From: Gekko japonicus
Taxonomy: Eukaryota
NCBI RefSeq assembly: GCF_001447785.1
Contig: NW_015170276.1
Span: 79,280-143,279, forward strand
DNA: 64,000 nucleotides
Reading direction: 5' to 3'
The notes beneath the pieces are model-generated. The model did no database searches and was not told the origin of the DNA. It saw only the letters and a program-made list of their open reading frames with translations. A program made the position numbers and the translations under genes. This document shows, piece after piece, positions 25,009 through 38,212 of this stretch (positions are counted from its first letter, which is position 1; each line of letters starts with the position of its first letter).

Positions 25009-25496
25009 GGATGAGTTCAGACTGACAGTTTGCCCCGAGATAGGCACGTGCCAGAAATGTTTCACAAACTGATTAAAGGGGCAGGCACATCTGTCAGGCG
25101 TTCCCCAGCCGTACTCAGCCCGTCTTGTAGCGCTTGCCTCCCGAGTTTAAAAAGTACCTGGTGAAAGTGGTAGCAAACCCTGGAGAGCACGGTCATTCCA
25201 CGGTCATCCCTCACCAACAAAGTGTGAACGCCGAAAGCTGCAATTGCTTGTGCGCTTATGCACACATGCACATATGCGCATAAGTGCATATCTCCGGATT
25301 ACCAAAAAGAAAGCCGTGCCTTACAGCCGTGCCTCTGCCAGGGGCAGGTCAACAGTGCGCACGCCCCCTTGCGCCTCCTCCCCGGTATGCTTCCGCATCA
25401 GTCGGCGCAGTGTGACCGGGGAAACGCAGAACAGTTTGTGCCGGATCTTTTTGCCATGACTCCTTCGCGCTTCAAAGTGCCAGTCTGACCTCAGCC
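25009..25496. mobile_element. PIF/Harbinger MITE
   Basis: Imperfect TIR ggatgagttcagactg ... cagtctgacctcagcc; TTA TSD at 25006-25008 and 25497-25499; CpG-rich. Confidence 0.75.
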
Positions 25497-26513
25497 TTAG
25501 TTACAGTAGTTTACATACTAGACAGAGACAGTTTGTGCTTGCAACCGTTTTTTCCTGTCAACAAACACATTTTAAGCTGTCTGTCTGGAGGCACTAGCAC
25601 TGTAGGTAACACTGTAGACCATTCAAGTGTGCCATCATGGTGTCCTTTCAGTTTAGTGTTTGCACATGCATTGAATTATTTTAATGTTATGATTTTTACC
25701 CCCGTTTTGATGTTATAATTCACTAGAGATGGAAACTGAACTTATGTCCTACATGCATGGTGGTAGCTCAATGGGTATTGCCCTTTCTAGCTCCCTCTAA
25801 GCATTCTCTAAGTCCTGCACTCTACCTCCAATCTTCCTGCTATTTTCTGTTATTTTATTTATAACTTTAATCCATAAAAGTTAGCTGTGAGCTATTTGTA
25901 TCCATTTCACTATGTACCTGGAGCCAGAAATTCCAGGTTATACTGGCTGGCTTCCCCTATACAATAGTGACACTGAATTAAAACAACCACAAGATTTATC
26001 TATACTGTCTTATATTTTGCCACTTTGATCAGTTCGAATGGACAGTCAAGATGGGTGACATACAGCTCCATGAAAGCTTATCGGTATGTTAATGGGAAAG
26101 ATGGCTAGTTAGGATACTTCAAAACAAGGTCTGAAACCATGGTTTGAAGATGGTTTATTAACCACAGTTAGCCTTAACAATGGTTTTACACAACATACAT
26201 GCACAAGGATGTTTCACTGCCCTAGTTTGCTTGATTTGGTGAGCACAGCCTGCCCAGGCAACTGAAGCGCATCTGTTAAGAGAATTTCAGTAAATGGAGA
26301 CAACAATCCAGTTTGCTTTGTTCCCCCAAACACAACAGTTAGTGATCATGACCATCTGAGTCTGGCAGAATTTAGGTAAGGCTCACAGGTTTTCCTTTCT
26401 GCTACTAGCATCCAAAATCCATAAAAATTCTTGGAATGAAATCCTTATTCTCCAGTGAGGTGAGGCATTTTTAATTAGAATTTAATTAGAATTTTTGGTT
26501 TTACAAACTCAAT

Positions 26514-26873
26514 TTGTTGTTCAGTTGCACAGTTATCGTGGCCAGTTTGCACAGAATGTTCTCTTGATTTCTCCAATTTTCTTGAAGAAATCTCTAGTCC
26601 TTCCCATTCTATTGTTTTCCTCTATTACTTTGCATTGTTCGTTTAGGAAAGCCTCCTTATCTCTCCTTGCTGTTCTCTGGAAATCTGCATTCAGTTGGGT
26701 ATATCTTCCCTTTGCACCTTTGCCTTTCACTTTCCTTCTTTCCTCTGCTATTTGTAAAGCCTCTTCAGACAGCCACTTTGCTTTCTTGCATTTCTTTTTC
26801 TTCAGGATGGTGCTGATTACTGATTTCTGTGTTGCCCATCTGATGATGTCCATGTGTAGAGTCACCTCTTCCA
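26514..26873 (-). mobile_element. Internally deleted BovB (RTE) LINE
   Basis: KKKKCKKAKWLSEEALQIAEERR...ARRDKEAFLNEQCKVIEENNRMGRTRDFFKKI is BovB ORF sequence. 11-bp TSD acaaactcaat at 26503-26513 and 26874-26884. Confidence 0.9.
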
Positions 26874-29064
26874 ACAAACTCAATAGATATCCCTTAATAA
26901 AGTCACACAACAAGCCAGAGAATTATCTCCCTTATATATAAAACCCTAATGGTGGCAGCACTTCTCTAGAACATTCCACACGCTCCGGAATTGGTTGGCA
27001 CCCTGGTGTGTCACTCAGAATCTGTCCCTATCCACTGGCTGCATTGCTTGAGTCTTGCCTCCAACATTCTAAACAGTTTGCTGTTCCTCCCCCCCCATAG
27101 CCAGTCAGAACACAGAGGTTATTTGCATATGCAGCCTCATTAGCCTTTGCCTCAGAACACAGAGGTCGTTTGCATATGCAACTTGATTGTCTCCGTCCCA
27201 TGTCCCAGGTGGAAGCCGGACTGGAAGGGATCTATGTGCCATATGTTGTGCATCCCAGCAGGCCCGTAGCTATGGTGGGGCTTTTGGGGGCTCTGCCGCC
27301 TTTCTTAAAAGCACAGCCCCACAAGAATTTCTCCTGTAACTGATTTTTTTCAATCATTTAAAAACATTTTTTTAAAGGTGTGCACTCTTTTAAACAGAGT
27401 GGGGTGCTGTAGTTGACTAATTCCTGCACTGAGCAAAGGGGTTGGAGTAGGTGACATCTAGGATCCCTTCTAACTCTGTGTCAAGAAACTGGTCTCCTTT
27501 AAGAGAGTTTTTCTGCCCATTAGATTTCTTGACTATAGAAGTCATCATCCGTACCTGTCATCTTTTTATCAGAATTGTTGGTTAGGCTGGCAGAAGTGAT
27601 TAACTTGCAGCAGCTGAGAACTGTCATTTAAATTTATTGACAGCTTGCAATTTAGAGATCTATCCTGGTAACAGCTTTCTTTTGGATAAATGGTTAATAG
27701 GCTAAGGGTGATTGCTCGCATAAGAACACCTATGTAGATTCAGAGAGAGAAGAGTAGCTGAGTCATAATCCTCAGAATTCTGGCTTTTCTTTCTGCACGG
27801 AGAACTTCAGCCCCACCAGAAAAAAGAATGCCCCACAAGCCACAACATTCTGGCCACTGGCCAACACCCCAGATAGGAATATGTCCAGCTGTAAAAGAAG
27901 GACAACAGAATCACTAGTGACTTTTGATGTTATAGCGAAAGACTGGAGATGGCATGCAGGAGGAAGGGAAAAATCTTGCTAACACTGAATCATTTTGAGT
28001 GGCAAGTGACATTACCTCATGTAACCTGAAAAATGTACTCTGTTCATTAACTGTGTATTTGAACAAAAGCTGGCTCTTGGGTCATGTAAAATTCAACAAG
28101 TTTGTGTGAATCATTTTCAGATGAGAACAGACCAAACAGGACTATAGTGATGGCCTCCTGCATTTGTGCTGGATCATTAGGGGAAGTTTCAGACCATATC
28201 AAAGTTTCCACAGAGTCAAAATCCATTGCTGGCCTGTAGGAAGCAAAAGGAGTAAGCGTTTTGGTTCTCTGGCACCATAATAAGGAGAAATAAATTAAAC
28301 ATCTGTTCGTGAAACAGCTCCACTTTCATGATAATGCAATGTACTATAATGAGATCCAAAATACAAAATATCACTTTCTGTACATAGTATATATGGAGAA
28401 CATAGTATTGTGCCTTGAAATTCTCCATAGACTGATTATTTTTAAGGGAGTTACTGATAAAGGGGCATAAAATGTAACAAGTACTCTCTGGGAAAAAACC
28501 CTTCATTAGGTAAAATCATATGATAGAGACATGTTTTTGGTCCATTCCATAGGAGTTAAGGCAGATAGACAGCACTTTAGTAGAATATAGTAGCATTAAA
28601 AAAAACAAACCCTCAAATCTTCCTCTGAAAAAAAGCAGTGTTTTCTTTTTCAAGAAGGACAAAGATCCTAACTTCACAAGCCTTTTCTGAAATAGAAAAA
28701 ATATTAGAAAAGGTATATTTTAAATTTGCTAGTTCAGCTGGCAGCCCCATAGTCAACATGGACTGCCTCTTGAAGACGTGGCCTGTCCCACTATTTGCTA
28801 ACCAAGGCTCTCCCATCTCCTTCCTCTCCTTGCTAGAAATAAACTGTGACAAGAGAAAAATAGGGAGAATGCAGGAGGGAGAAAAAAATGTGCATTCAGT
28901 AAAAGGAAGGTGGTAAAGGGCACCAATAGGCCATTCTAAGAAGGGGGCACATGTGTGGGGACAATGGACCCAATATTTATCTGTCAGATTTTTGTACCGC
29001 CCTTCCTCCAAGAAGCTCAGAGCTGAATATGTGGTGTTCTCCTCCTCCATTTTATCATTACAAT

Positions 29065-29554
29065 CAGGGGTCATTTTGTAGAAAAAGAGGTGCAGGAGCT
29101 CATTAGCATAACTTATTAGCATAACTTATTTGCATATGCCACACCCCTTGACATCACCAGATGTGTGTCAGAAGGCAACACCCACTGCTTAGGCTCCACT
29201 GGACTGTTTTGGATTGCTAGCTATTGGGGGAGGGACGTGCAGATCTGCCCTCACAGAGGAGGGAGAGCTTGTACCTGAATAAAACTTGGTCTTAAAGGTG
29301 CCACTGGACTGTTTTGGATTGCTAGCTATGGGGGGGGGAATGCACAGATCTGCCCTCACAGAGGAGGGAGAGCTTGTACCTGAAAGCAGGCCAGGGGGGG
29401 GGGGCTCTGCAATTTACCTGGCTGCTTCTTGCTCCTTGTGACCTGACTGAGGGCTGCAGGGAGCAGGGGGCGAGGCTTGTTGCATGTGCCTGCCCCCTGG
29501 GCTCCTTACTGCCGGAGCTCCGCTCCTGTGTACTCCCGCAGCAAATTACCCCTG
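29065..29554. mobile_element. hAT MITE inserted in a MIR/CORE-like SINE (~28975-29685)
   Basis: TIR caggggtcattttg ... caaattacccctg; TSD attacaa(t/c) at 29057-29064 and 29555-29562. Confidence 0.8.
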
Positions 29555-30539
29555 ATTACAACCGTTCTGTGTGGTAGCTTAGGCTTAGGGTGGTTGACCA
29601 AAAGAGCTTCATGATTGACAGAGGACTTGAACCTTGGTTTCCCAAGTCCTAGTCCAAGACTGTAACCACTGCACCACACTGGTTCATCCCAAAGACAGAA
29701 AAATGCAAGCTACAATTCCCTTTATTCCAAAGCATCTATTATAGTCAAATGAAGAATTCTAGGGTGGAATGACCTGGCAGTGATACTTCTATTAATGACT
29801 TGCTCTAAGTTAACCAGGAAAAAGACATTGCTACTCTGGGAGTCTACTAATTCCACTGATTGCCACAGACCTATTTGAAAAATAGTTCTTGCTTTATCAA
29901 TGATAGGAAGACAGCTTACAAAAAATGCTAGGACATAGTCCTGAACAGGTGTGATAATGTATTGGTCTGCAAAAGAACTGAAATAAGCATATTCCATAAT
30001 TAATTTTCAGGTGAACATGTCACTGTTGTAAGCTGACCACAGATGCTAATGGGGGGAGGTGATCCTCTGACCAGACATTCTGCAGCAGTGGGAGCCACAT
30101 TGCTTGGAAATAGTGGCTTGACAAGAGCTCTCTTCATTACCTGCAGTCTGTACTTCCATACAGCTGGCTCTCAGAAAGACCTCCTGATAAGGGCACAGTA
30201 AGACGAAGCACAGAAAATGCACGCTGACATGTGAACACTAGGATGACAGCAAAACTCAAATGAGGGCGGAGGGCAGTTTTATTTTTCTTCTGGTTTTCTG
30301 CCACTGCTTGAAAGTTTGGAGGGGGGGGGAGGTTTTGCAGCAAAAATGAAGACAATATATAAGGAGAGTGGAGCTCCATCCATCAACTTGTGGTGGACAT
30401 TCTGGTCAATCTGCTGGGAGGGAACAGGACTCAGTCATTAGCCAGCAATACCACTGCCTACACACTCATCCATGTCCTAAATGACATTAAAAAAAGAACT
30501 ACATTTGGGCTTATAAATACCAAACAGATCTATAAAAAG

Positions 30540-30818
30540 AGCCAGTTTGGTGTAGTGGTTAAGAGCTGTGGACTCTAATCTGAAGAAATGGGTTTGATTC
30601 CCCACTCCTCCAAATGCAGCCAGCTGAGTCACCTTAGGTCACTCACAGTTCTCTCAGAGCTGTTCTCTCAAGAGCAGTTCTCGAAAGAGCTCTCTCAGCC
30701 CCACCTACCAAACAGGGTGTCTGTTGTGGGGAGAGGAAGGGAAGGAGACTGTAAACTGCTCTGAGACTCTGAGTGAAGGGTGGGGTATAAATCCAACTCT
30801 TCTTCTCCTCCTCCTCTC
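30540..30818 (+). mobile_element. tRNA-derived SINE (Squam3-like)
   Basis: Same head, body and tail as 5016-5272. Confidence 0.85.
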
Positions 30819-31736
30819 CAGGAACTGGGCTGAATTATTATGAGATAATGATAGTTTCAGTCAGTGTTCCCTCTAAGATGGGTTAGTGTGAGCTAGCTCA
30901 CAGTTTTTTAGCCTTCAGATAAAATAGGACATAACTGAAAAAATACCATGGACCTTGCAAAAGCAACAAAGATTGAAAGGCAATGCAATTTAAAAGTAGG
31001 ACAGAAAGCAGGATAAGTGGAAGGTCTCAGCTAGAGCTAAAAGTAACTAAGTTGTCAGTGGCATAAAGAATTTGGTGTGAGGCACTAGAGACTGTGTGTT
31101 TTTCATTACATATCCTTTTCAGCAAAAAGACTGGGATGGTTCTATGGTCCCATTACCCTGATGTACCAGCATGTCATAGTCATGATCCTCTATGTTTCCA
31201 GCAGTAAAAGCATGATAATTGCAGCAGGCACAGGAGTCAGTGTAACTGAGAGCTGTTTCCACAGTGTTCCTGGCAATTGTATTACCTACCAATCATCTTG
31301 ACACTCAGTAAGAACACTCCACATTACAGATAACTGGAAGGCACTAAGCAACATCCATTGATAATACGAGCATCACAGGAGTCATTCAGTGCCTCCTCAC
31401 ACACATAATGTTCAGTCCTAAACAAAGATCAGGTTGAGCTCACCTGAAAGGTACATGGGAGGCAATGGGCATGTGCCATCCTAAGGAACAAGGAGATGTT
31501 CTGCAACAGGCCAGGACAGCTGTATATGCAGCACCAAGGACAACTCCTAGGTAGCAGACAACTTGTTCTGAAAAGTTCCACAGCCAGGCAGAGCACTTAT
31601 TTGTTATATTTACCCTACCCTTCTGCCAAGGCACCCAGGGCAGCGTATATGGTTCTCCCATTCCCATTTACAATCAACAACAACCCTGTGAGGTAATGCA
31701 AGCTAAGGGTATGTGCCTGGCCCAAGGTCACCAAAA

Positions 31737-31945
31737 GGGGCTGTGGCTCAGTGGCGGAGCATCTGTTTGGCATGCAGAAGGTCCCAGATTCAATTCCTGG
31801 CATCTCCAATTAAAAGATCTGGCAGTAGGTGATGTGAAAGAACTTTGCCTGAGACTATGGACAGCTGGTGCCAGTCTGAGTAGACACTACTGACCTTGAT
31901 GGACCAAGGGTCCGATTCAAGAGAAGGCAGTTTCATGTGTTCAAG
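31737..31945 (+). mobile_element. tRNA-headed SINE with CR1-type tail
   Basis: ggggctgtggctcagtgg...ttcaattcctggcatctcca head, ttcatgtgttca tail; second copy at 53809-54003. Confidence 0.75.
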
Positions 31946-31971
31946 AAAGATTCATGGCAGTGTGAGGATAG

Positions 31972-32300
31972 GTAAAGGTAAAGGTTTCCCTTGCTCGAAA
32001 GCCAGTAGAATCTGACTCTAGGGATACGGTGCTCATCTCCATTTCCAAGCCAAAGAGCCAGCGCTGTCCGAAGACTTCTCCGTGGTCATGTGGCCGGCAT
32101 GACTAGATGCCGAGGCACACGGAACACTGTTACGTTCCCACTGAAGCAGTACCTATTTATCTATTTGCAATTTCTTGCTTTCGAACTGCTAGGTTGGCAG
32201 GAGCTGGCACCAGAGACGGGAGCTCACTCTGTCATGCAGTACTTGGGTCTTGAACTGCTGAACTACCAACCTTCCGGTCTGCAGTTCAGTGTCTTAAACA
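31972..32300 (-). mobile_element. Sauria SINE, interrupted at its head by the ORF1-only element
   Basis: Reverse complement of 60071-60412, including the aaaggtaaagg tail. Confidence 0.9.
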
Positions 32301-32308
32301 CTTACTCC

Positions 32309-34222
32309 CCCCCTTTTTTTGCCCCCCATAGGGGATTTTTATTACACACACAGACACAGACACACACACACACACACACACACACTACTAGATGGGAGAA
32401 AGGAATACTAATGCCCTAATTCTATACCTAAAAGATATCGGGGTAAGGTATCTAATTCAAATGTACCTAAAAAGATGGGGGAAAGGAAAACTATAACCCT
32501 AATACTCTAAAATCTAAATGATATGGGTATGGGAAAAACTAACTTTGTAACATGATCATAGTATTAAGCTGTTCAGCGATTACACCTAATGATTCTCAGA
32601 ATTAACATATACCAAAGGAAAAAAGGAAAACAAATAATAGTAATAAACTGCATTTTCAAACTATCATCCTTGTTTCAGAGTCTTTTCTTCTTGCTTCTTT
32701 TGCTTCTTTGAAGTTTGGGAGTGGCTACTCCCATTTCAGATTCCGATGTCTGGGTAGAACTGTTACTTGAGCTTATTGACTCCTGTGAGTAGGAGTCTTC
32801 TTCTTCATCATCTTCTTCCTCCTCAGTAGTTTTATTCTCTTTTTTCTTCTGTGCTGGACTGGACAATTGGTCCATAAATTTTTTGGCCTTAGGAACAGAG
32901 TCAATCTTATATCTTTTAACCTTGAATGTAAAATTTAATCCTTCGGGGAATGCCCATCTATATTGTATCCCCTTTTCAGTTCTTTATATGATCTCCTCCA
33001 TTTCCTGACTTCATAGGGAATATCCTTTAAGATTTTTATCTCCACGTCTTTGATTTTGAAAGGTTTCCCTTGCGTCAGTTTAAGCACCAGATCCCTGGTA
33101 GATCGTCTCATAAATATCAAACAAACTTCCCCCAGGAGTTTATTTTTCTTAATAAAAATGTCCTGTATGCCCAGTCTATTTCCTTTATCATTTCATCTTT
33201 TTTGTAATCCAATAATGATGCCAAGGCATCTGCCAAAACTTCCTTTAAATCCTGATTCTTCTCTTCTGGTATCCCTTGGAAGTGTAGAACGTGCATAGAT
33301 CTTTCCAGTTGGAGCTGAATTAATTGCGATTTATCGGAGGATCTTTCTTTCTCAGTTTCATCTACTCTTTTGTTTATGTTAAGTTTGTTTTCCCACCTTT
33401 TTCAGTGTTTTTTCAGTTGCTGAAGTCCTTTTGTCCATAGAAGTCAATTGGGCTTGTACATTATCTAGCATTAAGCTGAGGTTCGTCATCTGTTCCATTA
33501 GGGAGGCGCAAAGCGTTTGCTAAAAGAGTGGACATGTCCGAGTTTACTTCCTGGTTTGAAGAGGAGGGAGTTGTTGGGTGACTATTTCTGGTTTGCATTC
33601 TTTTCTCTGGCGGCACCCTCCACCCTCTCCCAGCCATAGTATCAACAAGAAGTAAGTTTCTCAAAACAAGATGAAGGTTATGCAATATCTTTCCACTTTA
33701 ACTCAATCTGCAGCTTATCAGTTCGCTTAAATTCTCCAAAAAATATAATTGTTTAAGGTTTTTGTTTCTGCCTCAAAACCGCTTTGAGTTTTAGTGTGGG
33801 GGGGAGATCTTGAGTTCCCCCTTCACACACACACCCCGCTTTGCCGTAGGCACTTCTATTTATTCCCGAGGTATAATACTCGCTTGAATTCACTTGAGCA
33901 TTGCTTAACTCATGTTTTAAAGCCTTGGGAATTTCTTAGAAGCCTTTTTTCTGCTTAGATCGTGTCCGCTTGTCCAGCAGCCATCTCTAAGTGCCATCTT
34001 GGCTCCTCGACAACAGTACCTATCGGGAGAAAAGAAGTGCCTCAATTCCTCGGCCATCGTCTTGGAAGAGACTCTCCTCGGCTCCCCAGGCTGGGGATCT
34101 CCTACAGAAACCCCGGGGGGTCCGGGACCAGCTCAAACCCTTCCCGTCAGCCGAGGCTCGGGACAACCCCATCGGAGCTGGACGAGGTGCGTCTGAGTGG
34201 CGAGTTGCTTAAACCAGAAGTC
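32309..34222 (-). mobile_element. Full-length ORF1-only L1-derived element (HAL1-like), copy A; decayed ORF1 ~33637-32675
   Basis: CpG-rich 5'UTR and ORF1 fragments (MAGRGW..., RDLVLKLTQGKPFKIKDVEIKILKDIPYEVRKWR), then a ~350-nt 3'UTR, AATAAA, hairpin and poly(A). 16-bp TSD cttaa(a/c)cacttactcc at 32293-32308 and 34223-34238. Confidence 0.8.
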
Positions 34223-36605
34223 CTTAACCACTTACTCCTGTACATATCCCAATACTAAACCTACTGCCTGTTCCAACTTCTTCCTCCTCTCAGTAGAGTG
34301 AAAATCTTAATCTTGTCCTTTTCCTGATGAATGTCTTGGCATTTTTGATGAGATGGGCCATAACATTGTTAAGGTTTGAGTAGATGATATGGCAGTTCCT
34401 TATGGGGCTTGGGCTCTGGTGATTCAGGGAGCCTGCATAAGTTCACTATCAACCAAGAGGCTATTCAGTTTAGGAATCAGCATTTGACTCCTCTTTGGAT
34501 GGAACTGTGTGGCCTCAAAGAGAATACTTCTTGAAACCCAGGGTTATGACTAGGAGTGCCACCTTGTTAAATAACTCTTATTAAATTAATTAATATTTTA
34601 AACTGATTAATATTAATTGATTACATTTGCATTAATGTACATGTGAGAAATACTGTAGTTCTAAAGAGCACATGAAGCTGCCGTGTACGGTGTCAGACCA
34701 TTGGTCTATCAAGGTCAGTGTTGCCTATTCTGACCAGCAGCAGCACACCAGGCTTTTGGGTAGAGGTCTTCCATATCACCTCTTACCTGATCCTTTTAAC
34801 TGGGGATGTTGGGGACCTTTTGCCATGGCCCCTCCCCAAAGACAAAAAAGCTTGCTTTCTTTGTTTTGATACAACACACACATATACTGTAGTGGGCATT
34901 ATTTTAGATGAGGCACTTTCCATTCTCTCTTACAAAGGTCGACTGTCTATGATATCCAGTAATTGTGTTGGAGCCAAACTAAGTTTTCCATAAGTGGATT
35001 GGAACATTCCTACCCTACCCCCATTGTAGCCTACTTATTTCCACAAAACTCATCTCCTGGGGGAGAGGGGACCCTGAGAAATGACACAATGTGAATCTAG
35101 AGCAGGAAGGAGAGATCTATGGGAATCTGTCAGTTTACTCCTTGTTTTGAAGGGAATTACAAACCATTGTTTACTGGTTGGGATGCAAACTAAATCTTGC
35201 ATTAAAGGAGAAGCCACTAATTTATTCCCATTGTGCAATGAGAAGACATAAAGGGTAAAAAAGAAACATGTACACGAAGGGCTTGTTCATGTTGCATCAA
35301 ACCATTATTTGGTAAACCCAGACCATCCATGTATGCTCCTGTGCATGAGCTACTGGTTTTCAAAACACAAACATTGCTAATAATTATACAGTTAATCCAC
35401 AATCATTACTGATCTATTTTATTGTTACATTGCTTGTTTATATAATATTCAATTGTCTGGACATTTTTCTCCTAATGAGCTTTCTACCAACATGGAGGAC
35501 AATTCAGCCATTGTTAAGTGCTAACAAGTTTGAGTTTGGGTTCATAGTAGCATTATTCCAGCCTAAATGGACTGAAATGAAAGGAATTAGACTGCAAAGA
35601 ACTGCACTGTTCGATTCCCAAGTGAAATAAATTACTATTTCTTTGACTGGTGCACTTTCAATTATTGATCAATTATTGTACTGTTTTGCATTTCCAAACT
35701 GTAGTTCTTTAAAGGCCTTGCCTTATCTGAGTCACTTCAAAAAATCTGTAGAAACAAAACAGGCCCTTTTAGAAAGATCACAAATGTTTCACTCACTTTT
35801 TATGTTCATTTGCTATCTGGGCCAGATTTAAAGTTCTCAAACCATGAATATTCCATCATATTTTAGGTAAGAATCTCTTTCCTTTTTTTTTTTACCCACT
35901 ATGTGCTGTAACTGCTAAAATATATATCATTGTGAAAAGTTCAGAGACATCATTTCCCAAGATAGCATCTTTTTTTCTTTCTTTCTTTCATTCTTTGTGT
36001 GAGTGTGTATGGCTCAGCTTCAACATTTTGTAATGCTGATCCTTTATCTTGTATTTCTTTGGTACTGTGAATCATTCTAATGCTGCCTCAATATTTGAGA
36101 CAAGCAAAAAAAAAAGACGTTTCCCATTTGTAGTTCTCATTGAGAAGAAGAATAATCCAGTTGCCTTCTTGCTACTTTGGGCTGTCATTAATTTAAGTCA
36201 TCTGCAATTTCTGCAACCCCCCCCTTTAAAAACAACAACAACAGTTTTCCTTCGTTTTAAGTTTATTTCCTTTGTTGCCTGTCCATTTTTTATTTAAAGA
36301 AGAATGTTCTTTTGTTCAGAGCTCCACACTGAAAATTGTGAGATTTGGTTTCTTGGTCTTCCACAGCTTTCTAATTTACCTTGAGCATATTATTGCATTT
36401 CTTTGTGGCTTGTTTCCAGAACCCACTGATGCAACAGGGCCATTGACATTACTATTATTTCATGCTTCTGGCTGACTATTTGTTTTAAAGTAGGATTTTG
36501 ACATTGTTTCCATTAATCAAAAATACGGAATTCATTATCCCAGTGTGCAAGGATAGCTGCTACTTAGGTTTTTGAAAATAGGTAGTTCTAAAAACAGCTG
36601 TTAAC

Positions 36606-36811
36606 CAATGTTCCCTCCAAGCTGTAGAGCCTTGTGAGCAAAAATTCTACTTTGTGAGCTACTGGCATTAAAGTTGTGAGCAAGCGGTTTGGCTACTGCA
36701 TAACTTAGTTTGCTCTGGAGCCCTCCATTCTGAGCTGAGACAAAAATGTGTGAGCTAGAGGCTAAAAAACTGTGAGCTAGCTCACACTAACTCAGCTTAG
36801 AGGGAACACTG
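36606..36811. mobile_element. hAT MITE
   Basis: TIR caatgttccctc ... gagggaacactg; 8-bp TSD ctgttaac at 36598-36605 and 36812-36819. Confidence 0.85.
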
Positions 36812-37542
36812 CTGTTAACCACAATAGCTAAGTGGAGCCTCCATGTGCCGAAGTGGAATGTTTCTGATTGCCAGGTACTGATAAACAACAGGGGAAAGCC
36901 ATCATCTTCACACTTTGCTTCTAAGTGCCTAGAGCACGGGTGTCAGACTAAAACATCCAGGGCTGTTACGTGGCTCACGACCGACTGCTGCAAGGGAGGG
37001 AACAGGAGGCTGCTTGTGGGTAGGTGGGCAGAGCCACTCCAATTGTGGTTTCAGCAAGTCAGGACAACCTTGTCTGCAGCAGTCAAGCAGAACCCCTTCA
37101 CCTCAGGGACTGGTAAGTTGGGAGCCACTGCAGTCTCATTCATTCCACTCAGCCTGCAGCACCAGGGATGCTGTCCCAGATGGCCACAGGGATCAGTGTT
37201 TGCACATGAGGGGGGGGGTGCAGATAATCCTCTGTTGGGGCACGGGCGTGTCTGCCCAGCACTGCACTACTGGCTCTCCAGTCCCCCCATGTGGGCTTTC
37301 CTCTGCACCCTGCTCCCAGCCCATGGGGCCTTGCAGTGAGGCCACACTAACTCGGAGCTTACCAGTTGCTGTCTTTTATAAGTTACTTCCGGGAGCAGCT
37401 CTCCCATTCCCCCCAACCTCTGCTTCTTCCCCTCTCCCCCCACTTCTCTCACCCTCTTTCTCCTTCATGTCACCCCTTTTCTTTCTCTCTCTCTTCCCCT
37501 TCCATTCCTATTACTTCCTTTCTGCCTCCACCTTGGGCAAGA

Positions 37543-37810
37543 AGAAGAAAAGATTGGATTTATACCCGGCCCTTCACTACCCAAAGCTGTCTCAGAGCGG
37601 CTTACAAACTCCTTTCCCTTCCCCTCCCCACAACAGACACCCTGTGCGGTAGGTGGGGCTGAGAGAACTCTTGACAGAAACTGCTCTTTTTCAAGAACAG
37701 CCCTGACAGAACTATGGCTTGCCCAAGGTCATCCAGCCAGGTGCAAGTGGAGGAGTGGGGAATCAAACCCTGTTCTCCCAGATTAGAGCCAGCGCACTTA
37801 ACCACTACAA
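37543..37810 (-). mobile_element. tRNA-derived SINE (Squam3-like)
   Basis: Reverse complement of the 5016-5272 family. Confidence 0.85.
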
Positions 37811-38212
37811 ACGAACTCCTGCTCTGCACATGGATTTGGTGCATACTCTGCTGCAAATTTGCATAGGATTGCAACGGCATGTGACATTTTCAAACATTTT
37901 CGGGATGGAAATAGCAATAGGGGCAGTCTGGCCTTATGCACATGTTCTAGAATCACACCAAAGTTCACTACCTAAGCACCCCCTCCCCACAAGTTTCCAG
38001 ACCTTCTCTTCTCCTCCCTACTGTATGCAGCATTAATATATTCAGCACTAGTTCCTCCTATGCTGATTTAAAAGTAAAGCATTGTTTTGACTGTGGATAT
38101 AATTTAAAAACACACGTGTCCTACATACATTATACTTCAAAATAAATATCACCAACTCTAGCTAAAGTTGTCAGCTGCCTGCAGGGAGAAAAAAAATGCC
38201 CTGTCACTTTTT

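Noticed and set aside
36845-37662. 164-aa and 212-aa ORFs
   Set aside because: They run through low-complexity pyrimidine tracts and an antisense SINE, with no protein-like signature.
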